Shown: in pieces, positions 18,320 to 27,457 of the stretch
How positions within the stretch are numbered: position 1 is the stretch's first letter
Layout of the letters: the number at the start of each line of letters is the position of its first letter
IMG/VR virus record: IMGVR_UViG_3300027983_002388
Source: a virus
Strand: one strand, 5' to 3'
DNA length: 64,000 nt
Position numbers and translations under genes: made by a program
The notes under the pieces: model-generated
What the model saw: only the letters and a program-made list of their open reading frames with translations
Database searches by the model: none
What the model was told of the DNA's origin: nothing

Positions 18320-19483
18320 ATGGATCATCAAAAATTGATTTTGTTGCTAGAGCAAGCCATTGAAATTATAAAAGAGGCAGCAGTAGCAATTGAACCGGCA
18401 GTAGCAATTGAACCGGCAGTAGCAATTGAACCGGCAGTAGCAATTGAACCGGCAGTAGCAATTGAACCGGCAGTAGCAATTGAACCGGCAGTAGCAATTG
18501 AACCGGCAGTAGCAATTGAACCGGCAGTAGCAATTGAACCGGCAGTAGCAATTGAACCGGCAGTAGCAATTGAACCGGCAGTAGCAATTGAACCGGCAGT
18601 AGCAATTGAAACGGCAGTAGCAATTGAACCGGCAGTAGCAATTGAACCGGCAGTAGCAATTGAACTGGCAGTAGCAATTGAACTGGCAGTAGCAATTGAA
18701 CCGGCAGTAGCAATTGAACTGGCACTAGCAATTGAACTATTAAAAAGTGAAGAGTGGCCTGAAGCTGTTCCAGATTTTTTGATTTGTGAAGACACAGAAT
18801 TAGATAAAATGGAAAGAGGCGAAGGAATTCTGAGTTACATCAGTGAAAATTTGGAGAATAAAACATTTTTAGATTTCGGATGTGGCGAAGGGCATGTTTC
18901 GCACCTAGCATCCAGCATGACATCTAAAAGTGTAGGATACGATTTATCTCAGTTGGGTTCATTGGGTTGGGAAAAGGAAACGGAATCAAAATTTTTATTG
19001 ACTACAGATTTCAATAAAGTTCTAAACTATGCGCCCTATGATTTAATTCTTTTATATGACGTTTTAGATCATTGTCAAGATGTTTTAATTTTGCTTAACC
19101 AACTCAAATCTATATGTGGACCAAAAACTAAGGTTTACGTGCGATGCCATAGCTGGATGAGTCGTCACGGCACTCACTTGTACAGAAAATTAAATAAGGC
19201 TTGGGTACATTTGTTCTTCACAGATGAAGAACTTAGTGCAATGGGATTGAAACCAGAATATACTAGGAAGTATTTTTTTCCAATAAATACTCAAAAAAAA
19301 TGGTTTTCTGATTCTGGGTTTGAAATAATTCATTCAAGCATAGTTAAAACTGAAGTCGAGTCGTTTTTTTCCAAACCGGAGTTAATTTCAAGACTTCCAA
19401 TTGAGTTCAAAGATTGTACATACTTACCACCAGAATTTCAAATGAGTCAAGTTTTTAATGATTATGTATTAAAGGTAATTTAA
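18320..19483 (+). CDS. Class I SAM-dependent methyltransferase with N-terminal repeat tract
   Basis: FLDFGCGEG and YDLILLYDVLDH motifs. Confidence 0.85.
   Translation: MDHQKLILLLEQAIEIIKEAAVAIEPAVAIEPAVAIEPAVAIEPAVAIEPAVAIEPAVAIEPAVAIEPAVAIEPAVAIEPAVAIEPAVAIEPAVAIETAVAIEPAVAIEPAVAIELAVAIELAVAIEPAVAIELALAIELLKSEEWPEAVPDFLICEDTELDKMERGEGILSYISENLENKTFLDFGCGEGHVSHLASSMTSKSVGYDLSQLGSLGWEKETESKFLLTTDFNKVLNYAPYDLILLYDVLDHCQDVLILLNQLKSICGPKTKVYVRCHSWMSRHGTHLYRKLNKAWVHLFFTDEELSAMGLKPEYTRKYFFPINTQKKWFSDSGFEIIHSSIVKTEVESFFSKPELISRLPIEFKDCTYLPPEFQMSQVFNDYVLKVI
18380..18739 (+). repeat. 18-bp tandem repeat, 20 copies (GCAGTAGCAATTGAACCG; AVAIEP)
   Basis: Read directly; variant units near the 3' end. 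Confidence 0.97.
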
Positions 19484-20382
19484 TGAAATTGATATATGGT
19501 ATGACGTGGGATCATCATTATAGTGGCTGGGCAGGTTGCTTGAATTCTCTTCAACAACATTTTGAATGCCTTCCAAATATAGATTTGGTTGGATGTTTAG
19601 ACCATGCAATGGCTCACAATAATTATTTTATTAGTCCGTGGGTTGGTTTTTTACACAATGTTCCAAAGCACCCTCTGCACATGAAAGATATTTATGGAAT
19701 TTTCGATTTAGATTTAGAAAGAATGGTTGAGTCTGATTCTTGGAAAGAAAGCATAATTCATTGTAAAAAAATATTCGTATTGTCTCAGTATTCTAAGAAT
19801 TTTTTAATTGATAAAACAAATGTTCCAATTTGCGTTTTGAAACATCCTACTTTTTTCCCCGATGTGAAATTTGATATTGATGGATTTACAAATAGTGACG
19901 AAAAGTGTTTGATTTTAGTAGGGCAATGGCTGAGGGATTTTCAGGCAATTTTCGATATAGAAACTCCATACAAGAAAAAAATTCTTGTTGCAGAGTCATT
20001 TCTAAATGAAGCTATTCATAGAGTTTTCAGAGTTAATGACGATGTCGAGTTTGTAAATTGGTTGCCGAAGGAAGAGTACGATAGACTACTTTCTTCTAAT
20101 TTGGTTTTTTGTCCTTTGTTTGACTGTAGTGCTTGCAATACACTCGTCGAGTGTATTGCAAGGAATACTCCAATTGTGTTGCCAAGATTGCCAGCAGCAG
20201 AAGAATATCTAGGTTCAGACTATCCCTTGTTTTATGATTCTCTTCAAGATGCTTCTGCGTTGATAGAAAATCATGAAAACGTAGTAAAGGCACATTTGTA
20301 TTTGGTCGCTATGAATAAACAGGATTTAACATTTGATTATTTTTCTAATTCTTTTTTGAAAAAATTCGTACGCTTCATTTAG
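19483..20382 (+). CDS. GT-B fold glycosyltransferase-like protein
   Basis: EEYDRLLSSNLVF...NTLVECIARNTPIV C-terminal GT-B pattern. Confidence 0.65.
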   Translation: MKLIYGMTWDHHYSGWAGCLNSLQQHFECLPNIDLVGCLDHAMAHNNYFISPWVGFLHNVPKHPLHMKDIYGIFDLDLERMVESDSWKESIIHCKKIFVLSQYSKNFLIDKTNVPICVLKHPTFFPDVKFDIDGFTNSDEKCLILVGQWLRDFQAIFDIETPYKKKILVAESFLNEAIHRVFRVNDDVEFVNWLPKEEYDRLLSSNLVFCPLFDCSACNTLVECIARNTPIVLPRLPAAEEYLGSDYPLFYDSLQDASALIENHENVVKAHLYLVAMNKQDLTFDYFSNSFLKKFVRFI

Positions 20383-20388
20383 GTTTTT

Positions 20389-21111
20389 ATGTTGCACAAT
20401 TTCAATCCTTACAAACTAAATCCTAGTTGGATTCTATGCACTCCAAGAACGGGATCGACTTATCTTTGTAGTCTGCTCAATAACTTAAATGTTTTTCCTT
20501 CTTATGAAATTCTTCATCCTTCTATGCGAGAAATTCAAATTGAGCATATGGGCATCATGAGTAAAAATCATACATTTGGAGAATGGTTGCGGTTTTATAC
20601 TTCTGAACAAATAGTGGAATCTCCACCACGTTTTACCAAAGCTCTTTTTTATCAATTTTCAAACATTGCTCCCAAGCACTTTAGCTTTCAGACTGTATTG
20701 CCTAATATTAGGCTTATCGTACTTAAACGATCGAATTTGTTAGATCATACTTCATCTTTGTATTTGGCAAAAAAACTTCAAAGATGGCATTTGCGAAATG
20801 AAGAAGATTTACGAAATTACGTGAATACAAAAGTTGAAGTTGATGAATCAGAACTTATAAAAACTTATGAAGAAACTATTTCACATTTTAATGTTTGGGA
20901 TAGTCATCTAAAAAATGTTACTTATTTAGAAGTGTACTATGAAGACCTATTATCTGATCCGTTCGGTTTCATGAAAAAAATATTGATATTTTTAGAAGTA
21001 TATGCTTCTACTAAATTGATTGAAGAAAGTATATTAAATACAAATTTGGAGTTGGTTCCAACCAATCATCCCGCCAAGTACAAAATTATTTCATTTCTTG
21101 AAAATCTATGA
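20389..21111 (+). CDS. Stf0-like sulfotransferase
   Basis: PAPS-binding TPRTGSTYL, LKRSNLL..S, YYEDL. Confidence 0.8.
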   Translation: MLHNFNPYKLNPSWILCTPRTGSTYLCSLLNNLNVFPSYEILHPSMREIQIEHMGIMSKNHTFGEWLRFYTSEQIVESPPRFTKALFYQFSNIAPKHFSFQTVLPNIRLIVLKRSNLLDHTSSLYLAKKLQRWHLRNEEDLRNYVNTKVEVDESELIKTYEETISHFNVWDSHLKNVTYLEVYYEDLLSDPFGFMKKILIFLEVYASTKLIEESILNTNLELVPTNHPAKYKIISFLENL

Positions 21112-21836
21112 TTAGAAATAAAAAATTCAACACAAGTCCAATGATAGTACACGCCCCAGGCGATATTGACTTCAATTTTCATTGGCACAAAATCAAAGAC
21201 GCACTCCCCAAAAAATCATCAGTTGAATGCAACTGCGTACCTCGACTTGAAATTATAACTTGGAATTCCAGTGAAAATTCAACCGTTAAAAAAAATGGAT
21301 GCTTTGAAGCATCGCTTCAAATATTTGGGCATTCATGTAATTCTTTAGAATCTCAAACTTGGTCGTCGAATAGAGAAAAAATCAGATTAAGTGTTGATTT
21401 CTTAAATCACTCAACTGCTGATTTCATATTGGGAGTTGATTCTTCAGATGCGATTGTCGTTGCTCCATTGAATTCTATTGTTTCGCAGTTTTTAGAAATA
21501 GATTGTGATTTACTTTTCAATGCTGAAATTAGATTCTCTCCGCCTCGTGGGCTAAATGAAATAAAATCATACGAAAATTCTTTGCCTACTGCTCCGTACT
21601 TTTTGAATGCTGGAGCATGGATTGGTAAGAAAAATTTTTGTTTACATTTTTTTCAAAAGGCTTTAGATATATCTGAGTCGTATTTTGAATTTTTACATTC
21701 AGAGCAAGTTTGCATCAAGAAAGCGTATAAAAATATGTATCCTAAAGTAAAAATTGATGATAAGTGTCTAATTTTTCAAAACTTAAATTTACAAGAGCCT
21801 ACCGACATAATTATATGCGAAGCAGAGTGGTTTTAA
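21108..21836 (+). CDS. PLOD/LH3-type glycosyltransferase domain protein
   Basis: VDSSD, LLFNAE, FLNAGAWIG, SEQ, KIDDKCLIFQN. Confidence 0.7.
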   Translation: MIRNKKFNTSPMIVHAPGDIDFNFHWHKIKDALPKKSSVECNCVPRLEIITWNSSENSTVKKNGCFEASLQIFGHSCNSLESQTWSSNREKIRLSVDFLNHSTADFILGVDSSDAIVVAPLNSIVSQFLEIDCDLLFNAEIRFSPPRGLNEIKSYENSLPTAPYFLNAGAWIGKKNFCLHFFQKALDISESYFEFLHSEQVCIKKAYKNMYPKVKIDDKCLIFQNLNLQEPTDIIICEAEWF

Positions 21837-22746
21837 TCATGTAATCAACTCGATTTTTTGCCATATGATGCGACTTCATTATTTCCAAACATGCGGTTGC
21901 AATCAAATTTCTTTCTGCGTCATTATTTAAGAAGGTTATTGCTTTTTCTATAGCCAAACTAATTGATTTTGGCTTGCTTGAATCAAAGCAAAAAAAATGA
22001 ACACCATCTTTAGGCTCATTTTTTGTTTTGATAAAAGTAACATCTCTGAAAACCAAAGCGCCAGATGCAAATGCCTCCCAAGTCCTTGAGTCTCCATCAT
22101 GATTTTGAGGAAATGCTGTAAAAATGATTTTTGAATCACCTAATATTTGTAAGTAATTTTTGTAGTTTTCGTTATTGTATTTGTTTATTGAGTTTCTACC
22201 TTCAGACCCATATGATGTAGTTTTTCCAATAATTGAATTTTCAAAATTTGAATTTGTTAATTTTTGAACCAGAATTGACCTTCGTCCACCTGCATCTTTT
22301 TCAAACAAACAAGCTACATCTATACTTCTTTCAGAATTATTATCATTTAAGTATTCTTCGAGAACGCAATAATCTAAATGGAAAACTTTGCTAGAATACT
22401 TCATTATTGATCTGTTTTCTGTCACTAATGATCGTTTGAAATAAGCAATGGACTTAGTCAAGCATTCGTCATCAAGAGTGGCGAGATCGCCATAGTCATA
22501 CCATATGATCTTTTTCCACAAATTCGATTGATTCAAAAAATCTTTGTAAATAGGATTGCCACAAAATATCAAATCATACTGATGTATGTTTCTTAGTAAA
22601 TCTAAACATCTTGGTTTAACTATTATTCCGTTTATTCTGTAGCTTTTATCTACATCAAAGTTATGTTCAAGTTGAACTAATCCTTGATTTATTATCAGAG
22701 ATGATCTTGGACCTAAGTGGGACAGGTGCGCAAATTTAATGTTCAT
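21811..22746 (-). CDS. Glycosyltransferase (Glyco_trans_1_2-like)
   Basis: YLQILGDSKI, SRTWEAFASGALV, HMAKNRVDY. Confidence 0.75.
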   Translation of the reverse strand: MNIKFAHLSHLGPRSSLIINQGLVQLEHNFDVDKSYRINGIIVKPRCLDLLRNIHQYDLIFCGNPIYKDFLNQSNLWKKIIWYDYGDLATLDDECLTKSIAYFKRSLVTENRSIMKYSSKVFHLDYCVLEEYLNDNNSERSIDVACLFEKDAGGRRSILVQKLTNSNFENSIIGKTTSYGSEGRNSINKYNNENYKNYLQILGDSKIIFTAFPQNHDGDSRTWEAFASGALVFRDVTFIKTKNEPKDGVHFFCFDSSKPKSISLAIEKAITFLNNDAERNLIATACLEIMKSHHMAKNRVDYMIKTTLLRI

Positions 22747-23512
22747 ATTTTATTTTACTTTCAATCAACAGTGACTTCAAATTATAGACGGTTAAAGTTG
22801 GATACATGCTTTGATAAAAAGTTTTCAAATCTTTTGCAAAACAGTCATTCAAATTGTTTATAAAAACACAACCTTCAACTTTGGTAGTTCCAGCCAAATG
22901 CGATAATCCGCTGTCTATTCCAATAAACTTACGACACTCTGAGAGCAACTCTGCTATCTCTGCTATTGAGCGAAGTTTGAAGTCGTAATCCAAATATGAA
23001 ATAGTATCCTTACCGCCCAATCCAAAAACGATACATCCGGGCGTGTTGCGACTAGAAAACTTATCCAAAAGAAATTCCATTATCGCCACGTTGATAATTA
23101 TTTTGTTTCCTTTGGTTCTGTTGTCGAATTGAAAGTATTCTACATTGCCTATTGTTGGCGTACATCCTATATCACGACGATATGATTTCAATTTAGGGAG
23201 CTTAACTGTCCCAAAAAAAGATATTTTTCGATTGATTTTAAAATGTTTACCATTCAAAAAAGGAACAGTAGTTAGGGATGGATATAAATCACAAATGCTA
23301 CAATTGTTTTGAACTGGTGGTGTCACCGTGCCATCATACAATAATCCTGTGTATTCAAAACAATCAAAGAGTTCTTTGATGTATTTCGGGCCACGAACAG
23401 TAAATGCACATTTGTTCAAAATTGCTACATTGTACAGACAGTTAAGAATTGCAATTGAGTCGCCCAAATGTCTGTTTGTGTTGATGGATACTTCAAATGT
23501 TACTTTAAGCAT
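22736..23512 (-). CDS. GT9-like glycosyltransferase
   Basis: HLGD and FIGIDSGLSHLA. Confidence 0.7.
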   Translation of the reverse strand: MLKVTFEVSINTNRHLGDSIAILNCLYNVAILNKCAFTVRGPKYIKELFDCFEYTGLLYDGTVTPPVQNNCSICDLYPSLTTVPFLNGKHFKINRKISFFGTVKLPKLKSYRRDIGCTPTIGNVEYFQFDNRTKGNKIIINVAIMEFLLDKFSSRNTPGCIVFGLGGKDTISYLDYDFKLRSIAEIAELLSECRKFIGIDSGLSHLAGTTKVEGCVFINNLNDCFAKDLKTFYQSMYPTLTVYNLKSLLIESKIKYEH

Positions 23513-24174
23513 AGTTTTCTTAAAAGAACCAATGATGGTGGAATTGAATTTTCATTTCCGTAAAAATACTTTGGTTCAAGAACGCTGGGTGAAAATTCTT
23601 TTTCCCGATCTTCGCTGTTAAATGAAACATATGAAAAGTCTACTTTCATATGTTTTATAAAATAAGCGTCGAATTTTTCTTTTCCTTTACCTGAAACGTC
23701 ATGTTGAAAAATTCCTTTTAGTTCATCGATGTTAATTAACTCGTCCATCAATTGAATCCATCCGGTGTTGCCGTATAAATATCCTCCTGGCTTTGGACCA
23801 TCAATAACTGCTAAAATTGAATCGGACTTAAAATCAATCTGTTTAATTACATTTTCGCCCCTGCCATCAACAATGGTTGAATTCGTAAAATGAAACGGGA
23901 ACAATTGACATTCTTCATAATCGAACCGAGCAGAAATTATTCTTCCATAAGGCTTCATGCAAGATGCTAAAATTGCTGTTGACCTGCCAGTTGCGACTCC
24001 TGATTCGAAAAGAATTTTCGGCTTAATTTTCTTGATTTCACAATAGATAAAAAAAAGCTCTACATTTGTGATGGAGCTTTTGGTACTCTTTAGTTTAAAC
24101 CAATCATAAGTACCATACAAATCAGACAAAATTTCATCGAATTCTAAATAAGATTCTAATGTATTTAATTTCAT
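23500..24174 (-). CDS. Methyltransferase-like protein
   Basis: LFESGVATGRST, VIDGPK, HD. Confidence 0.6.
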   Translation of the reverse strand: MKLNTLESYLEFDEILSDLYGTYDWFKLKSTKSSITNVELFFIYCEIKKIKPKILFESGVATGRSTAILASCMKPYGRIISARFDYEECQLFPFHFTNSTIVDGRGENVIKQIDFKSDSILAVIDGPKPGGYLYGNTGWIQLMDELINIDELKGIFQHDVSGKGKEKFDAYFIKHMKVDFSYVSFNSEDREKEFSPSVLEPKYFYGNENSIPPSLVLLRKLCLK

Positions 24175-24180
24175 TTAATC

Positions 24181-24879
24181 CTAAGTATTCACAAGGTCCA
24201 TTAGTATTTTTGTATTGCAACCAATCGAATCTACATAAGCTGCAAAAGTTTCTATCGTTTCTTGATCCTGTGCATCAATGTCATTGAGGTCTATATTCAT
24301 TTCCGTCAACCATAATTCACGCATTTGATAGAAATCTATGTTGCTCGCATTGCAGATGTTTTTCATTTGTTTTGTGAGCGTCTGCATAACAGTGTTGAAT
24401 GTGTTTTTTGTATGCCTGAATAATTCGCACGTCTTGGAGTCGGTCTGTAAATACCGATGATTTGAGCCACCAACACTTGCAAAAAGTTCTACGGCTTCTT
24501 TTGTGTCGCTTGGGATGCCTCCAAAAACAAACATTTTATTTTCACAGCATAAATGCACAATTCTTTGCCCTGTTTGCTGTTTGATCCGATCAACTGTTCC
24601 AGGTTCTACATTAGATGCAACGATGAACAATCCTGCGTTGTTGCGTTGAATCGCATCTTCGATTAAAGTTGTATCGCAACGCAAATCTTTTATGTTTCGC
24701 TTTCGGGTAAGACTTAGGCTTTTCGTTAGCGGTGATTCACAGATGATGGCGTAATTAAACCATGTGGATTCTTTGTCGTCCACTTCCCAAACACTAAACG
24801 TCGATACGTCATGATTCTTGAAGAAGTGCCACATGCCCTCTCCGCTTAGATTGTCTCCAGCAATTAGAATTTTAGCCAT
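24181..24879 (-). CDS. Degenerate UDP-glucose/GDP-mannose dehydrogenase-like protein
   Basis: SNVEPGT, VFGG, CELFRHTKNTF; Rossmann and catalytic residues appear eroded. Confidence 0.55.
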   Translation of the reverse strand: MAKILIAGDNLSGEGMWHFFKNHDVSTFSVWEVDDKESTWFNYAIICESPLTKSLSLTRKRNIKDLRCDTTLIEDAIQRNNAGLFIVASNVEPGTVDRIKQQTGQRIVHLCCENKMFVFGGIPSDTKEAVELFASVGGSNHRYLQTDSKTCELFRHTKNTFNTVMQTLTKQMKNICNASNIDFYQMRELWLTEMNIDLNDIDAQDQETIETFAAYVDSIGCNTKILMDLVNT

Positions 24880-25996
24880 TGATGATTTTCTCCGCTTTGC
24901 TCATTGCTGAGGCAACTGTTTGGTCGATGTCAAGATATTTGTATTCTCCTAATCTGCCGCCAAAAGTTATGTCTATCATATCTTTCTTCAAGTCAAAATA
25001 TTTAGCATACAGTCGAGAATTAGTCTCATCCCTTATGGGATAATATGGCTCCGGGTGATCTTTGAAAGAAACTGGTAAATCATATGAAACTACAGTTTGT
25101 TCGTTTGGGTCAATCAAAGGCTCATGCTTTGGCCCACGTTTGTAAAAGTGCTTGTGTTCTATCGTTCGTATGTGCGGCACGGACGAGTCAACGTGATTGA
25201 AGACTGCGTTACCCTGAAAGTCGCCCTGATGTAACTTGTGTTCAAATCGCAGAGTGTTGTATTCAAGTTCTCCAAATTCGTAATTGAAGAACTTGTCTAT
25301 AGGGCCGGTGTAAACAAGATGGTCGGCGTAATCCCGCCAACGATCCTTCATGCTGAAAAAGTCAACTCCTAAGCGAACGTCAATCCCGGACAGCATGTTC
25401 TCGATCAGCTTGGCGTATCCTTCTTTGGGTATTCCCTGGTATTTCGTGGAGAAGTAATTTTCCTCGTATGTGAAGCGAATAGGAAGTCTTTGAATTATTG
25501 AACTAGGAAGTTCCCGTGGTTCTTTCATCCATTGCTTTTTTGTATATCCATAGATAAAAAGCTCGTAGAGTTCAGTTCCAATTTTGTCCAAAGCCCACTC
25601 TTCAAAGTTTCTGGGTCTGTCGCAGACGACTCTAACTGAATTCAGTTTGCGACGGGCTTGTTCGGGCGTAACCACTCCCCAGAGTTGGTGCATGGTCATC
25701 ATGTTGATCGGAAAAGAATAAACCTTATCGCCAGATAGCACCTTCGGTTTGTTCACGAAGTTTTCTATTTCAGAGAACTGACTGAGGAATGACCAAACTG
25801 CATCGCTTTGGGTGTGAAGAATGTGCGCACCATATTCGGAAACGATGATTCCATTGTCCCATTTTTTGTCGAATGCGGCTCCTGCGATATGCGGCAGTCG
25901 GTCAATGACAAGGCATGTCTTCCCCAGGTCAGTAGCTCTACGAGCAAATGTAGACCCAAAGAATCCAGCCCCGACAATTAAGAAGTCGTGTTTCAT
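24872..25996 (-). CDS. glf: UDP-galactopyranose mutase
   Basis: IVGAGFFG, YGAHILHT, YTKKQW, YQGIP, EPYYP, GRLGEYKYLD. Confidence 0.95.
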   Translation of the reverse strand: MKHDFLIVGAGFFGSTFARRATDLGKTCLVIDRLPHIAGAAFDKKWDNGIIVSEYGAHILHTQSDAVWSFLSQFSEIENFVNKPKVLSGDKVYSFPINMMTMHQLWGVVTPEQARRKLNSVRVVCDRPRNFEEWALDKIGTELYELFIYGYTKKQWMKEPRELPSSIIQRLPIRFTYEENYFSTKYQGIPKEGYAKLIENMLSGIDVRLGVDFFSMKDRWRDYADHLVYTGPIDKFFNYEFGELEYNTLRFEHKLHQGDFQGNAVFNHVDSSVPHIRTIEHKHFYKRGPKHEPLIDPNEQTVVSYDLPVSFKDHPEPYYPIRDETNSRLYAKYFDLKKDMIDITFGGRLGEYKYLDIDQTVASAMSKAEKIING

Positions 25997-26802
25997 AGTG
26001 ATCCTAAATAACTAGCAAGTAGTGCATCACAATATTCTTTTTGGGATGACCAGCCATACTTGTAGCAATCACGATTCCCCAAAAAGTTTGTAACCCAAAA
26101 GTCGATGTCGTTTTCCATGCGATAGCCCCATGCTATTGCAGTTTTCTTTCTTGCGGCAATGCCCCATAATCCTGCCCAACTATCACAGGAGACAACCACA
26201 TTTGCTCTGTATATTGTAAAAGCTATTGATTCAAGTATGGACCACTTGCCACAATGGTTTTCAATGTAAGGTATGTATTTATCTTTGACGCAGAGATGAA
26301 TAGGATCATCTTCGGCACCAACCATTATGATTTTGTAGCCTTTGTTAATCAGCGTTTTGAGGCATCTATCCCATACTGGAATATAGTCGTCTAGGTGATC
26401 CTTCGGCTTCATTCTCAAACTGATTGGTTGGAACAGTGCTATCTTGTCTCCAGGGACGTTTGGAATCAGATCGCTTAGGTCTACCCATTCACGAATATCG
26501 TTGTAGTCTCGGCCCGTCATTGGATGTTCTATCGGCACATTGTATTTATTGCTGAATTTGAAAGTATTTTCATTTCCATGTTCCACATCCATTGCCACTT
26601 CTTTGATGAAGTTGGTTCTGCGCCATATCTCATGGACAATTGGACTGCTGGGGATGTTAATCCCATTTGCAATCAAAAAGGGCGTAGTGTGAATGATTGC
26701 TTTATCATGTCCTCCAATGGACAAAGCAATGTGTTGACGACACAAATTCAAGGCTGTGTCACCAATCGCTCCAGATTCAGCGTAAATATGCAGGTTAGAC
26801 AT
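25993..26802 (-). CDS. GT9-like glycosyltransferase
   Basis: GAIGD, LFQP, VVSCDSW. Confidence 0.6.
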   Translation of the reverse strand: MSNLHIYAESGAIGDTALNLCRQHIALSIGGHDKAIIHTTPFLIANGINIPSSPIVHEIWRRTNFIKEVAMDVEHGNENTFKFSNKYNVPIEHPMTGRDYNDIREWVDLSDLIPNVPGDKIALFQPISLRMKPKDHLDDYIPVWDRCLKTLINKGYKIIMVGAEDDPIHLCVKDKYIPYIENHCGKWSILESIAFTIYRANVVVSCDSWAGLWGIAARKKTAIAWGYRMENDIDFWVTNFLGNRDCYKYGWSSQKEYCDALLASYLGSL

Positions 26803-26816
26803 CACTCTACTAGAGT

Positions 26817-27446
26817 ATGAAAAAGACCGATCTTCAGTGGCTTGCTGCCATTATGAACTCCGAATTAGATGCTGGCATGATTAGCGGTCGAACTATATTG
26901 GATCGTTTGCGACTGATTGATGAAGATTCACGCAAGACGGCTCCGTATCTCGATCACCGATATGCACCGTTCTATTATCACCTTGGCAAGCATATCGAGC
27001 CTCTATCTGTAATGGAAATAGGCTTCAGTCTCGGCTTGTTGAGTGCCAGTTTCCTTACATCTTGTAAATCAGCCAAGACATTTTTTGGCTACAAAGAAAA
27101 TAGTCCAGATTTCACGCCTACACGAATTGGCAAAGCAAATATCAACCTCAGATTCAAAGGTGAAGCAAAATTTTACATCGGAAGACTTTACGATCAGGAA
27201 TTTATCGACATATTTTCACCAAATCCGTGGGATTTAGTCATACTTAATGATGAGACAGTCTACGACAAACATTTGGAATATTTGGATGCCGTCTGGCCAC
27301 AAGTCAGCGAAAACGGTTTTATAGTTGCCGAATATATTGACCGACACATCCCAGCCAAGGACGCCTTTTTTGCTTTCTGCGAAAGTAAGAATCGAAAGCC
27401 AGTGGTTTTTGAAACAAGGTATGGGACTGGCTTACTTCAAAAATGA
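26817..27446 (+). CDS. Methyltransferase (Methyltransf_24-like)
   Basis: VMEIGFSLG, WDLVIL, GFIVAE. Confidence 0.65.
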   Translation: MKKTDLQWLAAIMNSELDAGMISGRTILDRLRLIDEDSRKTAPYLDHRYAPFYYHLGKHIEPLSVMEIGFSLGLLSASFLTSCKSAKTFFGYKENSPDFTPTRIGKANINLRFKGEAKFYIGRLYDQEFIDIFSPNPWDLVILNDETVYDKHLEYLDAVWPQVSENGFIVAEYIDRHIPAKDAFFAFCESKNRKPVVFETRYGTGLLQK

Positions 27447-27457
27447 AAGGTGATTAA

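Noticed and set aside
18380..18739. CRISPR array
   Set aside because: Units are directly adjacent with no unique spacers and lie in frame within a CDS
18328..18795. Antisense ORFs (IATAGS and VQLLLP repeats)
   Set aside because: Open only because the 18-bp unit lacks stops in those frames
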